Below the pieces are notes generated by a model that worked only from the letters and a program-made list of their open reading frames with translations, had not been told where the DNA came from and did not search any database. The translations under genes and the position numbers were made by a program. Below are positions 26,411 through 36,922 of a stretch of DNA of 61,374 bases, in pieces. The stretch's first letter is position 1; each line of letters starts with the position of its first letter. The stretch is from a virus. Its lineage: Duplodnaviria; Caudoviricetes. Location of the stretch: positions 1-61,374 of IMG/VR virus record IMGVR_UViG_3300049893_001396; one strand, 5' to 3'.

Positions 26411-26986
26411 ATGGAAGGTATAGAAGAGCGACAACTCATTATCGAGAAGTACATGGAGTACAAGCTCCAGAATGATCGTGAGCCGGTTCTGGCGACTGCT
26501 CGGGAAGTCGGGGTAGACGTTAGCGTCGTGGTGTCGGTAGTAACTTCAGCGTGGGGTCGGACGTATTTAAAGAATCTGGCCAAGTATCGGAGTACTCCGG
26601 ATGAAGTGACACAAGCGATACTAAGTAAAGAAGCTGGATCACTTCTGGGTATCACACCTTTGGATGTTATCGAGGTAGGAGATTACCCCGGCGGTTATCG
26701 GCTTCGGGAAGATGCGAGCCCGCAGGCTTGGAACATGGTGAAACGGATCGTACCTTCGGTAAAGGCGCACCTTCCTCCGGCGTTAGAGTTCCTATCAATG
26801 AACGAGCGGATCGCATTGAACAAGCAGTTGATGGGTGAACTTCAGAAAGACGAGGGGGCTGCCAAGGGTGGTATGTTCGATGGTAAGATCATAGAGGGCA
26901 GGGTTCGGGATAATATCCTGCCCGCGGTGTTTGATCAGCCTGTAGTTGTTCAACCTGACGACGTTTCAGCGGTAGCTGAGGGATAA
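26411..26986 (+). CDS. terS: Probable terminase small subunit
   Basis: N-terminal HTH-like segment; abuts terL. Confidence 0.6.
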   Translation: MEGIEERQLIIEKYMEYKLQNDREPVLATAREVGVDVSVVVSVVTSAWGRTYLKNLAKYRSTPDEVTQAILSKEAGSLLGITPLDVIEVGDYPGGYRLREDASPQAWNMVKRIVPSVKAHLPPALEFLSMNERIALNKQLMGELQKDEGAAKGGMFDGKIIEGRVRDNILPAVFDQPVVVQPDDVSAVAEG

Positions 26987-28420
26987 ATGGCACTCTCCAG
27001 AAAACAGGTCGAGTTCTATAACGAGTTCATCACGGGTCGACATACAGAGATGATGTATGGCGGTGCGGTGGGTGGCGGTAAGACGTACCTCATTCTGGGG
27101 ATCTTCAACGAGTTGTGTCGGAAGTACCCGGGAGTACGGCTTGGTGTCGTGCGCGGTACGTTCCCTAATCTTCGGGGTAATACGGTACCCAGTTATAAGA
27201 AGCTGATGAGCGACTATGGGATCACCGACGTACATCTGACGAAGAGTGAGCCATTCATCGCAACGTACCCTAACGGGTCCACAATCGAATTTATTGCGGT
27301 AAACGAACAGAAGGACAAGGATCACGACAAATTGAAGGGCCTTGAGCTTACAATGGTCGCCATAGACGAGGCGAATGAGATTTCACACGCGGCGTATGTG
27401 GTTCTGATCACTCGTACGGGTCGGTGGCGGAACGCGGAGTACGGGCTACCTCCTATTAAGATATGCACATGCAACCCGGCGAACAACTGGGTCAAACAGT
27501 ACTTCTACACACCTTGGAAAGAAGAGGGGCTACCAGAGGGTAGGTTTTATCTTCCAGCGTTACCGCATGATAATCCGTTCCTGAGTGAGGACTATCTGGC
27601 TCAGTTGGAGAGTTTGACGGGTGGGGCGTATCAGCGGTATGTACTGGGCAACTGGGACTTCGCAGAGGAGCTCAACCAGTTAGTCAGTATGGAGGATCTG
27701 GAGGGGTACTTCGGTGGATATGACGGTGTGTGGCGGGCACCCAGATTCATGGGGATCGACGTCAGTCGGCATGGGGCGGATAAGTCGATTATATATTACG
27801 CAGACGATAGGGGACTTCTGTTTTACGAGGAGTACAAGTTTGACGACCTCGTCAAGCTCAAAGATATTGTCAAGGAACGGATGGATGAGTATTCAGTTCG
27901 GGAGGACTGTGTGGGGGCGGATGCCATCGGAATTGGTTGGGGGCTCATAGACCTTCTGAAGCAGGATGGGATCCACATATACCCGTATCAGGGCTCTGAG
28001 CAGGCGACACCACGAGAACAGTGCCTACTTCCGGAAGTACTGTATGACGCGATGGAACAGAGGCGACGAACAGAGGCGAACTTCCTACTTCAGCAACACA
28101 TCCGGGAAACCACGGGTATGCAGTTCAGTAAGGGGTTGAAAGAGCAGGCGTTGCTGGTCAAGTACGCCATGGACAAGGCAGACAAGTTCGTCCGGATCGA
28201 GACTAAACTTGAGCAACGGGGGAGGCTCGGGTATTCACTGGATATTTGGGACGCGGCGGTGATCTGCAACTATATGCGAGTGTATAACGTGTCGGACGCG
28301 CTGGGTAATGCGTTCTCAGCCCTGACAGCGTGGGCTTCAGCAGAACGGGCGGAACTTCGGCGTGAATGCGGGACGAATCACAGAAAATATAGCACACTAG
28401 TTAAAAGTATGATATACTGA
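26987..28420 (+). CDS. terL: Terminase large subunit
   Basis: YGGAVGGGKT, IDEANE, TCNP, DNPFL, GIDVS nuclease motif. Confidence 0.95.
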   Translation: MALSRKQVEFYNEFITGRHTEMMYGGAVGGGKTYLILGIFNELCRKYPGVRLGVVRGTFPNLRGNTVPSYKKLMSDYGITDVHLTKSEPFIATYPNGSTIEFIAVNEQKDKDHDKLKGLELTMVAIDEANEISHAAYVVLITRTGRWRNAEYGLPPIKICTCNPANNWVKQYFYTPWKEEGLPEGRFYLPALPHDNPFLSEDYLAQLESLTGGAYQRYVLGNWDFAEELNQLVSMEDLEGYFGGYDGVWRAPRFMGIDVSRHGADKSIIYYADDRGLLFYEEYKFDDLVKLKDIVKERMDEYSVREDCVGADAIGIGWGLIDLLKQDGIHIYPYQGSEQATPREQCLLPEVLYDAMEQRRRTEANFLLQQHIRETTGMQFSKGLKEQALLVKYAMDKADKFVRIETKLEQRGRLGYSLDIWDAAVICNYMRVYNVSDALGNAFSALTAWASAERAELRRECGTNHRKYSTLVKSMIY

Positions 28421-28469
28421 TAAATGGAAAGGTCGGTTTATATTATACAACTGACCGACGAGGGTGACA

Positions 28470-29867
28470 ATGGCCAAGAAGACTCCTAAGAGTGAGAAAT
28501 TAGAATTCAACCCGAACATGAAGGTGGTTCAGTCTGGGACCAACTTCTCGTCCGGTTATTTGCGTGAAGACTACCTCGCCACTGCCAACGGTGCGACGTG
28601 GATGGCTGTGATCGACAAGATGCGGCGGCAGGACTCTGAGATTGCGCGGGTGTTGCGGACGATCTTCTTCCCCATTCTGGCAGCGAGTTATGAGTACCAT
28701 CCGAGTGATGACATGGACCAAGAACAGGTCCGGCAGTGCACGTACAAGAACAAGTTCTGGAAGAAGCGGATCGGGACACTCACATCCGGCGGGTTCTGTA
28801 GCCAGACATGGCGGACAATGCTTCGGCAATTCCTGAACTACCTGACGTTCGGGTATGCGATCTTCGAACCGGTATACTATGCGGTCGAGGATCCTGAGCT
28901 TGGAAACGTGATCACGATGCGGTCGTTGGGCATGATCCATCAGGCGACGGTAGAACGGTGGGAAATCAAGGACGGACAGGTGCTCAAGATCTACCAGAAG
29001 GTACCATCTGGGGCCGGTACGTCTGGATGGTTCGACACTAAGAACATGGTGATACTGACGAACGAGCAGGAAGGTGACAACGTCGAGGGAATCTCACTGA
29101 TCCGGCCTGTGTACGGAAACTATATACGGAAGGACCTACTCCATAAGCTCCTTATAATCGGGGCGGAGAAGACGGCGGTTGGGACTCCGATCGCATTTGT
29201 ACCGAACAACTGGATAACAAGCGCGAACAGTTCAGAATTAACGGCACTTCGGAGCATCATGCGGAACTACACATCCCACGAGGATGCGTATCTTATCCTT
29301 CCGAACTCCCTGAAAGACGAGGGATTCCGGATCGAGAGTACGTCATTTAACGCATCAGAGCTTCTGAACTGCATAAAGAACGAGAATATCGCGATTATGG
29401 ACAGTGTTCTGGCGTCATTTTTGAACATTGGGATCTCAAAAGCGGGGGGTAACTCGCAAAACACGGGTCAAATGACACTGTTCTTGTCGAGTTTGCAGAG
29501 TATTGCAGAGGAAGTTACTTGGGTACGGGACGAACTCGCGCATCAGGCGTATGTTCTGAACTTCGGAGAGCCGCAAATACGGATAGACACCACAATCAGC
29601 GGGATTACGCTTGACAGTGCCGAAAAAGCAGTAAATGAGCTGCGGGCATTGGCTACTGGGGCACTAATTGAGCCGGATGAAGTGCTGGAGAAGTGGATAC
29701 GGAACAAGTGGAAGCTGCCTCCCAAGGATCCGGAGACTTCCAGAAAGACATTCAGCGATCCGCAGAGTATGGCAGTGGACAAGAGCGTGTCGAATGACTT
29801 CCCTACTCCAGATAATGAGCGCGAAGAGCAGGCAAACCCGGAGGAGATGGGCGATGAAGACGTATGA
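28470..29867 (+). CDS. Portal protein (DUF935/Mu gp29-like)
   Basis: FGYAIFEPVY, GISLIRPVY, EKTAVGTP; follows terL. Confidence 0.85.
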   Translation: MAKKTPKSEKLEFNPNMKVVQSGTNFSSGYLREDYLATANGATWMAVIDKMRRQDSEIARVLRTIFFPILAASYEYHPSDDMDQEQVRQCTYKNKFWKKRIGTLTSGGFCSQTWRTMLRQFLNYLTFGYAIFEPVYYAVEDPELGNVITMRSLGMIHQATVERWEIKDGQVLKIYQKVPSGAGTSGWFDTKNMVILTNEQEGDNVEGISLIRPVYGNYIRKDLLHKLLIIGAEKTAVGTPIAFVPNNWITSANSSELTALRSIMRNYTSHEDAYLILPNSLKDEGFRIESTSFNASELLNCIKNENIAIMDSVLASFLNIGISKAGGNSQNTGQMTLFLSSLQSIAEEVTWVRDELAHQAYVLNFGEPQIRIDTTISGITLDSAEKAVNELRALATGALIEPDEVLEKWIRNKWKLPPKDPETSRKTFSDPQSMAVDKSVSNDFPTPDNEREEQANPEEMGDEDV

Positions 29868-30105
29868 CATTGGGGTAGCGACGTACTTGGTGATGCTGGG
29901 TAACACTGACTACACCGTCGAGAGACGGGAAGGTCGGGGGTGCTTCGTGTTTCAGGGTGAGACTGATAAGATGGTCGCACTTGCTAAAGAGTATCACCAA
30001 GGTAAGGGTCAATTTATGCTGTATCACACAATGCTTCGGGCATTGAAGGGGCAGGTTAACCACGCTCCTGAACTATCTGAAGGATACAAGGCGGTGAGCG
30101 AATGA
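29854..30105 (+). CDS. DUF5659-like small protein
   Basis: TYDIGVATYL...CFVF..Y...Y..LRALK pattern. Confidence 0.55.
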   Translation: MKTYDIGVATYLVMLGNTDYTVERREGRGCFVFQGETDKMVALAKEYHQGKGQFMLYHTMLRALKGQVNHAPELSEGYKAVSE

Positions 30106-31391
30106 TAGAAGGACAAGATAGAATTGGTAAGTACGTCGCACTTTCAGAGGACTCCAAGCGGTTCTACTACACCGACGACCCGGATGTCCGGAACGAGGCG
30201 GTGGGTAAGGCTTATAATAGTAAGAAGAAGCGGGCTGGCGCTACTAACACACTGACTGAGCTGAATAACGAGCGGAACATCTACGTGTTCGATAGGCCGG
30301 AGGAGTGGACGAGTGCGTTTGAACCATCTGAAGCTGCTGCATTCCTGAACGCCGTGCTTGAACTGGATGCGGAGTCGAACGAACCGATTAACGTGTTCAT
30401 CAACTCGAACGGAGGGTATGTTCAGGCGCTGTATACGATGGTGTCGGCCATTAAGGGTGTGAAGTCCAAGATCCGGACGATCTGCTTGGGAAACGCGATG
30501 TCTTGTGGGGCGGTGTTATTGGCTTCAGGGGACGAACGGTACGCAGGTAAGGCTTCGGCTGTTATGATCCACGACGTGAGCTCACTGACCTATGGGAGTT
30601 TGAGTGAGATTAAGGAGCAGGTCGAAGAGTTGGACCGCATGAACGGTGAACTTATTGCGATGATGGCGGAGAAATCCGAGCAGCATCCGAGTGTATTGAA
30701 GGAACTGATGACTTCTGACTTCTATATGAACGCTTCGGAGGCATTAGAATTAGGTCTTGTTGATGGCGTGCTCGCGGTCGAGGACGTGCTGGACAACATG
30801 ACTGACTGGCTGAAAAACCATCCCGGGATTATAAACGGCAGGATTCTGGGTGGCAAGATGATCGAGAGAATGAAAAACGCGCCTAAACCACAAAAGAAAG
30901 GGGAACCAGATATGGACAAAGATCAAATGGTCGCCGAATTCAAGGCGAAGCATGGCATCGATATTCTGGATCTACAAAATAAGCTGAAGATGACTGAAGA
31001 GCATCTTCAAGAAGCCGAGACTGCGCTTAAAGAAGCGGAAGAGAAGGCTGCTACAGCTGAAGAAGCTGTGAAAGAGTTAGAAGAGAAGAAAGAAGCGGAT
31101 GCGATTGAGAATATCCTCACCCAGTTGATCCGGGACTGCAAGTCCACTCAGGTGTACAACGACGAAGTACTCCGCCCTCTTTTCAAACAGATCGGCAGTA
31201 AAGCTGCTTCTGAGAAGGCTGGCAAACTTCCGAAGATGGTACACACTGAAACCGAGGCCAACACTAAGGAGACTGGTGAAGAGCCGAAGGTTGACGAGGT
31301 AGTCGCTAAGGTCGAAGATTATATGAAAAAGCACGAAGTTGCGTCCTATGAACTCGCCTACGTGCGGATGCAGAAAGAGGGGCTGATCTAA
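30102..31391 (+). CDS. ClpP-type prohead protease with C-terminal scaffold coiled coil
   Basis: INSNGGYV, AMSCGA, MIHD, YMNASEALELGLVD. Confidence 0.9.
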   Translation: MIEGQDRIGKYVALSEDSKRFYYTDDPDVRNEAVGKAYNSKKKRAGATNTLTELNNERNIYVFDRPEEWTSAFEPSEAAAFLNAVLELDAESNEPINVFINSNGGYVQALYTMVSAIKGVKSKIRTICLGNAMSCGAVLLASGDERYAGKASAVMIHDVSSLTYGSLSEIKEQVEELDRMNGELIAMMAEKSEQHPSVLKELMTSDFYMNASEALELGLVDGVLAVEDVLDNMTDWLKNHPGIINGRILGGKMIERMKNAPKPQKKGEPDMDKDQMVAEFKAKHGIDILDLQNKLKMTEEHLQEAETALKEAEEKAATAEEAVKELEEKKEADAIENILTQLIRDCKSTQVYNDEVLRPLFKQIGSKAASEKAGKLPKMVHTETEANTKETGEEPKVDEVVAKVEDYMKKHEVASYELAYVRMQKEGLI

Positions 31392-31392
31392 T

Positions 31393-31800
31393 ATGACAAC
31401 CATTCGTAATTTAAACTCAAACGGTAACCATACTGGTATTTGCGGCGCGGCTTCCTTAGTTGGTAAAGAAGGCTATGCGGTTAAGATCGTCAGTGATCTT
31501 GTTGTACTTGCAGATAACAACTCTAACGCGGTGGGAGCACCTCAAGTGGCTGTTCTGGTCCGTGGAGGCGGTGTTGGCGAAACAGTGGAATACGCAATCA
31601 CTCCCGGCACCGGTGTGGCGGTTGTAGTTGCAGACGCTTCTGCTGCTGTTGACGCCCATATGATGGTGGACTCTGCTGGTAAATTCACCGCACTTACTGG
31701 TGCAGGTAAGTATTCAAGCGTAATTCTTCGTGAAGCCGTAACAGCCGCTGGTCAAATTGTTGAAGCAATGATCGTCAACAAGCCCGGCGTTGGCGCGTAG
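31393..31800 (+). CDS. Capsid decoration/cement protein
   Basis: Small Ala/Gly/Val-rich beta protein between protease and MCP. Confidence 0.65.
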   Translation: MTTIRNLNSNGNHTGICGAASLVGKEGYAVKIVSDLVVLADNNSNAVGAPQVAVLVRGGGVGETVEYAITPGTGVAVVVADASAAVDAHMMVDSAGKFTALTGAGKYSSVILREAVTAAGQIVEAMIVNKPGVGA

Positions 31801-31818
31801 TAGAAAGGGGTCAATAAC

Positions 31819-32835
31819 ATGGGATACTCAAATTTAAGCGGTACTCAAGTTGTAACATACTATGAGCACTGGGATCGTATGCTCAAAGGGTATAACTACA
31901 ACTCTGACAGCCTTATCGGCAAAAAGTTGGTGCCTGAATTCGCCGTAAACGCAAAGCGCGGGTCTATGAAGACCGAAGCAACAGGCGCACAGGAATATCT
32001 GCGTGTAATCGGCAATAAAGACCTTTCAGTGGGTTATGGCGACTATCCTACCCTGTTCTTTCAAATGAGCTCCACCACACTGTGGACTCTGGAAGAGCAC
32101 GGCATCGCCACCCAGTTCAATAAGAACGATGGCGAAGACTGGAACCCGGCAAATCCGGCACAGGGCATGCGTGATTATGGTACGATGACTGCAAAGTGGT
32201 TGCGCCAAATCCGCGAACTGTCTCGTGAAGTTGAGGTTCAGACCATTTTCCAGACTGCTGGTAACTTCGGTGGGAGCAATAAGGTGACCTTGACTGGTGC
32301 AGATCAGTGGAGTGCCGCAACTGCGGACATCCCCACCCAGATGGCAACCGCCCGCGCACGGATCAAAACCGTGTCAGGCCGCCTTCCGAACGTGCTAGCC
32401 ACTTCTTGGCTGGTGTGGGAAAAGCTGAAGAACCATCCGAGCATTAAGAAGATGGCATACCAGATGGGCAACACTGACGCACTGAACATCCGTGCATTGA
32501 CGGTGGCTGAAGTTGCTGCTGCACTTGAACTGGATACTATTCTGGTTGGTAGCGAACAGTACGAAACCAAGAAATCTGGGGAAACTTCTTCACGCGACTG
32601 GATCTGGGGCAAGCATGCCACTCTGGCATACCAGAACTTCAGCCCGTCTCCGACCCTGTTCGATACTTCATTCTGCTACAAGTTTCGTCGTGGCGACGAG
32701 GTGTTCGATTCCTTCTATCCTTCTACGGATAAGGGCAACAAGCAGGAAGAGATTCGGCAGACATTGAGTGAAGAGTATGATATCATGATTGTAGATGCAA
32801 ATGCCGGTTATCTGTTCATTAACGCAATCGCGTAA
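31819..32835 (+). CDS. Major capsid protein (lambda gpE-like HK97 fold)
   Basis: 338 aa; QWSAATADI...SGRLPN...LKNHPSI...AGYLFINA. Confidence 0.88.
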   Translation: MGYSNLSGTQVVTYYEHWDRMLKGYNYNSDSLIGKKLVPEFAVNAKRGSMKTEATGAQEYLRVIGNKDLSVGYGDYPTLFFQMSSTTLWTLEEHGIATQFNKNDGEDWNPANPAQGMRDYGTMTAKWLRQIRELSREVEVQTIFQTAGNFGGSNKVTLTGADQWSAATADIPTQMATARARIKTVSGRLPNVLATSWLVWEKLKNHPSIKKMAYQMGNTDALNIRALTVAEVAAALELDTILVGSEQYETKKSGETSSRDWIWGKHATLAYQNFSPSPTLFDTSFCYKFRRGDEVFDSFYPSTDKGNKQEEIRQTLSEEYDIMIVDANAGYLFINAIA

Positions 32836-32853
32836 GAGATGGAGGGTTCGATA

Positions 32854-33171
32854 ATGGCTAAAGACAAAGTCAACCAGAGTCAACCCGAGGCGGAGGGGGC
32901 ATTAGCCCCCACTGCTACTGAAGATGCTGTTCAGGATATGATCGAGCAGGTGTCTGAAGTGGTGTCAGAAGCAGTTGAACAAGCCACACAAGAAGAACAA
33001 GCGGATGAGCCGGAAGTTGCGGGCACTGAAGTTGATGAGTATGTGTGCTTGAGTTCAATCTGGCATCTAGGGATTTTGTACCATGAGGGTGATGTAGTTC
33101 CGGGGTTGAATGACGACCAGATCCAGCAATTGACTCGGATCGGAGTGGTGGCGAAACGAGGTGGACAATGA
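32854..33171 (+). CDS. Acidic head-associated hypothetical protein
   Basis: GGAGGG RBS; post-MCP position. Confidence 0.55.
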   Translation: MAKDKVNQSQPEAEGALAPTATEDAVQDMIEQVSEVVSEAVEQATQEEQADEPEVAGTEVDEYVCLSSIWHLGILYHEGDVVPGLNDDQIQQLTRIGVVAKRGGQ

Positions 33172-33830
33172 TTAAACGTATTGTCCCAATCGCGACAGTG
33201 TCTGCGAAGTCAAATACAGGCGCTGGAACGAGTGTTTCAATGCTTCGGGCGCAGGATGCAACGGTGTTATATTCTTCCGTTGTTTCTGGCGGTAGCTCAA
33301 CCACTGTCGCAACACAGGTATGTGTTGGTGATATTTGGTATAGTTTTGATTCAGTTGCGAAGACCACAGCAGCCACACACACCTTCGCAGTAACTAAGCG
33401 TAATTTTGGGTACACTGCTATCCGTGCGAATGCGACTGCGGTAACCGGAACTGTATCCACAACCGGAACTGTTCGGTTGAATACCATCGAAGATGGCGAC
33501 AATGTGAGCCCTGTGACCACTCACACGATGTTGTCTGCTGTAGCTGAAGCTACTACTTCGGATTCACTTGTGATCACCAACGTCGCACGATGTGCAATCG
33601 CATATTCCTGTACGACTGGTTCTGGGGATGCGGTGACTATCACCACTTCTGTCAGTATTGGCGGGACTTGGTATGTGATCGATGCGACGACATATGATTC
33701 AGCAGCAACCAACGTCAAGGTAATCGAGTATGAGAATCAGGGTGCAACTGCGATTCGGGTTGTTACATCTGCATACACCCAGACTCCTGCGGTTACTGCG
33801 AAAATTGGTGTTGTAGCGAGGCGGGGGTAG
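33168..33830 (+). CDS. Thr/Ala-rich virion protein with two similar beta domains
   Basis: GDIWY..AIRAN and GGTWY..AIRVV duplicated pattern. Confidence 0.6.
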   Translation: MIKRIVPIATVSAKSNTGAGTSVSMLRAQDATVLYSSVVSGGSSTTVATQVCVGDIWYSFDSVAKTTAATHTFAVTKRNFGYTAIRANATAVTGTVSTTGTVRLNTIEDGDNVSPVTTHTMLSAVAEATTSDSLVITNVARCAIAYSCTTGSGDAVTITTSVSIGGTWYVIDATTYDSAATNVKVIEYENQGATAIRVVTSAYTQTPAVTAKIGVVARRG

Positions 33831-33835
33831 TAGTT

Positions 33836-34282
33836 ATGGCCTACATAGCGTTGACGACAGCAGAGGACGTTCAGGGTTATTTCAATAACATCCGATTTTC
33901 GGCGGCCACTACGGTGTCGCTACGTCAGGTGGAGATGTGGATTGATCAAGGAACCGCGATACTATACAGCTATGTAGGCCAACGCTACAATCTTCCCATT
34001 ACGGACGAGAATGACATCCTGATATTGAAGGGAATAGTAGAACGATATGTTGTTGAGCATGTCAATTACATCCTAGTCCGTAATGGCAAGATTGCAGTTG
34101 AAGATGGTAAAATGCCGGTTTCCGTTGAGCTTGGTGGATTTTATTCAGAGTGCAAAAGTATTGCAAATGGTACTTTGGTACTGTTCTCCACTCAGAAAGA
34201 TGCGAATTGGCTGGGATTCAATGACATGTCGGATTCGGAAACATTCACAAAGACCTTCAAAAAGGGTGAGACGCAGTGGTAG
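33836..34282 (+). CDS. Head-tail adaptor (Mu gp36-like)
   Basis: Y.T.EDV...YVGQRYNLP...IANG. Confidence 0.65.
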   Translation: MAYIALTTAEDVQGYFNNIRFSAATTVSLRQVEMWIDQGTAILYSYVGQRYNLPITDENDILILKGIVERYVVEHVNYILVRNGKIAVEDGKMPVSVELGGFYSECKSIANGTLVLFSTQKDANWLGFNDMSDSETFTKTFKKGETQW

Positions 34283-34785
34283 AACAAGACTATGCTCTGA
34301 ATATCTCTGGTGCGAATGTGTCGCTTGACGGGCTGTTAAAGAACCTCCGGTCAATGAGTAAGCGGTTCGATAATATGCAGCCGCTGTTCCGGAGAATTGC
34401 GAATAGCTTCTGGCAGCGGAATAGACAGACAATCTTCCCGGAGTCTGGTGGACTTAACACAGCATTCTTCCCAGATCTGGCTGAAGCAACGATTGCGGAC
34501 AAGCCGCGAAGACTTGGTGGTATTAACGTATACCCTATCCTATCTCGAAGTGGGCAGAGGTTCTCTGTGGATTCTTTGAGAGAGTCTTTGATCAAAGGGT
34601 CTAATCCTCATTCTATTTTCAGGATGACCGCAAAGACGATGCAAATCGGTACAAGTAACGAGAAGGCTTACGCAAGTGAGTACTTCTGCAAGGTACCGAG
34701 GCGAGCAGTTGATCTTAACAGATACCCGCTTGAACGATGGGCGCGTTGGGCAGGCGAGTATGCTGTATCAGGAGAGATGCGATGA
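34276..34785 (+). CDS. Virion morphogenesis/tail completion protein (Mu gpG-like)
   Basis: DLAEATI...IL.RSG..LRES...IGTSNEKA. Confidence 0.65.
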   Translation: MVEQDYALNISGANVSLDGLLKNLRSMSKRFDNMQPLFRRIANSFWQRNRQTIFPESGGLNTAFFPDLAEATIADKPRRLGGINVYPILSRSGQRFSVDSLRESLIKGSNPHSIFRMTAKTMQIGTSNEKAYASEYFCKVPRRAVDLNRYPLERWARWAGEYAVSGEMR

Positions 34786-35267
34786 GTAAGAGGACAATTG
34801 AGGTTTTGGTGGATGAGTTGGCAGATATTATCAACGCTAATTTTCAGACGTATATCACGGAAGTGAATGCTGAGAATTCTGATTTTGATCTGATCGACTA
34901 CGACGCTGAAGCGTTCTTTTGTTTTGAAATGCCTTATATGCCGAACTACCCTGTCGCGTATTTGTTAGATGTTGGGGACGCGATCAATCCGATCAACCCC
35001 GGTAACAACTCTCGGACTGCCGCCGATCGAGCTGTTATCAATCTGGTCGTAGTACTTCCAGACGACTCTGAGAATACGTTGAGAAGGCGGGCATTTAGGT
35101 ACTGTGAAGCGATGCGAAGGATGTTCGCACATTCTATCGCATCAACACCAGCGTTCAGTCAGATTGTGTATATGGGGATCTCAGTCAGTCCGCCTTTGAA
35201 GTTTGATATTGGTGGACAGGTTGTCATCACTGCTAATCTGAAATTTTCGCTGGACATTGCTTATTAA
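34782..35267 (+). CDS. Probable tail terminator
   Basis: Synteny before the tail tube gene. Confidence 0.5.
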   Translation: MSKRTIEVLVDELADIINANFQTYITEVNAENSDFDLIDYDAEAFFCFEMPYMPNYPVAYLLDVGDAINPINPGNNSRTAADRAVINLVVVLPDDSENTLRRRAFRYCEAMRRMFAHSIASTPAFSQIVYMGISVSPPLKFDIGGQVVITANLKFSLDIAY

Positions 35268-35279
35268 GGAGGCGTTGAT

Positions 35280-36146
35280 ATGGCATTATCCAATCCGCGC
35301 ACACAATTTGGTATTTACAGCGTATCATTCATTGATCGCACTAACCATATCCCCTACGGTATCGTAAAGGTGCTTGGCGACTTCACCCTTTCAGGTGACA
35401 CCGAGAAGAAAGACCTGTATGGTGGCGCTAACCGCATTCCTTGGGATAGCGAGTTTGGTAACATCACGGCTGATGCCTCGTTTACTGTGAAGGAAATGAG
35501 TCCTGTTTTGTTCCAGTTGGCCGGGTTTACTAAGACAGTTACCTCCTCAGATGCTGATGGATCTGTGGCAATTGAGAACGTAAAAGGCACTTCAGTTTCC
35601 AATGCTAATGGGATATCTGGAGTCGCACTTACTAATGCTGACTCAGGTGACTTGAAGGACGGCGTATACTATGTTCAGGCAGCATCATCTACTACTGTAG
35701 ATATTTTCATGAATACTGAGTTGTTCGCAACTCGTGGTAACGATCTTACGATCGCAGCTGATACACTAAAAATCACGTCATCGGCCATCGACAAAACCGC
35801 CACAACACCTTGGGATCACTTAGGTATCACACCAACTTGGGCGGGGTCACCGTCACTTGTATCTGGTGATGTTGCAAAAATCACTGTATATGCGCCACAT
35901 TCCGGGATCTATGACTACGCATACACCAGCACGGCAACCCCCGTTGAATGTGAAGCGTATGTGTATGGCCAGATGAAGTCGGATGGTTCATATGTTATGA
36001 TCCACCTCCCTCGTGTAACCATTTCAAACGTACCGGTTACGATCAAAGAGAAGGACTGGTTCTCTGCGGATATCAAGTTCGGTATCAAGTATGACTCTAC
36101 CGCTGGATATTCTTTCAAGATCCACGACGTATTACACATCGCATAG
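35280..36146 (+). CDS. Major tail tube protein
   Basis: Synteny, size, AAGGAGG RBS. Confidence 0.75.
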   Translation: MALSNPRTQFGIYSVSFIDRTNHIPYGIVKVLGDFTLSGDTEKKDLYGGANRIPWDSEFGNITADASFTVKEMSPVLFQLAGFTKTVTSSDADGSVAIENVKGTSVSNANGISGVALTNADSGDLKDGVYYVQAASSTTVDIFMNTELFATRGNDLTIAADTLKITSSAIDKTATTPWDHLGITPTWAGSPSLVSGDVAKITVYAPHSGIYDYAYTSTATPVECEAYVYGQMKSDGSYVMIHLPRVTISNVPVTIKEKDWFSADIKFGIKYDSTAGYSFKIHDVLHIA

Positions 36147-36176
36147 TCGATGAACCCTAACAGGAGATGAGATGCT

Positions 36177-36551
36177 ATGACAAAAATCTATGAAGTAATT
36201 ACCCCGGAAGTAGTGGCGGAATATAAGTTCACATTGACATTGGCAGACGGCTCACAGCTTGAGAAGGTCCTAAAGTTCCAGAAGCTGACGATGAAGGTTG
36301 AGGCGACATTGAAACAAGCTGGAATCGACGTATTTGAGATTTTTAGCGATTCCATCAGCACTTCTGACTCAATGCATGCACTGCTCCACACCGTTTTTGC
36401 CTGTATGATTCCGGAGTCCAAGGAAGAATTCAACAACGAGTTCGACCTCTTTGCAAACTTTATCGGGTTCGGTGAAGTGGCCAGTTTCAATGATATCTTT
36501 CAGAAGATTATGGCGATTTCCGTCCCAAAGTCCGAAAACGCTCCGGCGTAG
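36177..36551 (+). CDS. Tail assembly chaperone (gpG-like)
   Basis: Between tail tube and tape measure; slippery C CCA AAG at 36524-36530. Confidence 0.8.
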   Translation: MTKIYEVITPEVVAEYKFTLTLADGSQLEKVLKFQKLTMKVEATLKQAGIDVFEIFSDSISTSDSMHALLHTVFACMIPESKEEFNNEFDLFANFIGFGEVASFNDIFQKIMAISVPKSENAPA

Positions 36552-36922
36552 TATCGGAGTCGACCAAGTCGTCTGATTTTTATGGCGACTTGGTCTTTAC
36601 CTTGTGTTATGAGCTGAAGCAAACACCAGATCAGATCGGCCAGTTATCGCTCCGTGAAGCCGTTTTTCTATATGAGAGGATAATTGGTGAACGGATGCGA
36701 GCAGATCTTAATCTACGGGCCGCATCTGGGGCAATGACAGAATCCGCAATGAACGATGCTGTCAGATCTTATGAGCGGTACATGGATTCGATACGGGACG
36801 TTGATTCTGATGAAGTAAATGTAGAGGAAAAGATGATAGAGGACACATATCAATTTGCCGTGAAGATGACAGAGAAGATGTTTGGTAAACGTCCGAACGA
36901 AGGGTTGGGGATCGGTTCATGA
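36524..36922 (+). CDS. -1 frameshift extension of tail chaperone (gpGT-like)
   Basis: -1 frame is open from the slippery site (KVRKRSGVVSESTKSSDFYGDLVFTLCYEL...) to 36922. Confidence 0.8.
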   Translation, partial: PKVRKRSGVVSESTKSSDFYGDLVFTLCYELKQTPDQIGQLSLREAVFLYERIIGERMRADLNLRAASGAMTESAMNDAVRSYERYMDSIRDVDSDEVNVEEKMIEDTYQFAVKMTEKMFGKRPNEGLGIGS

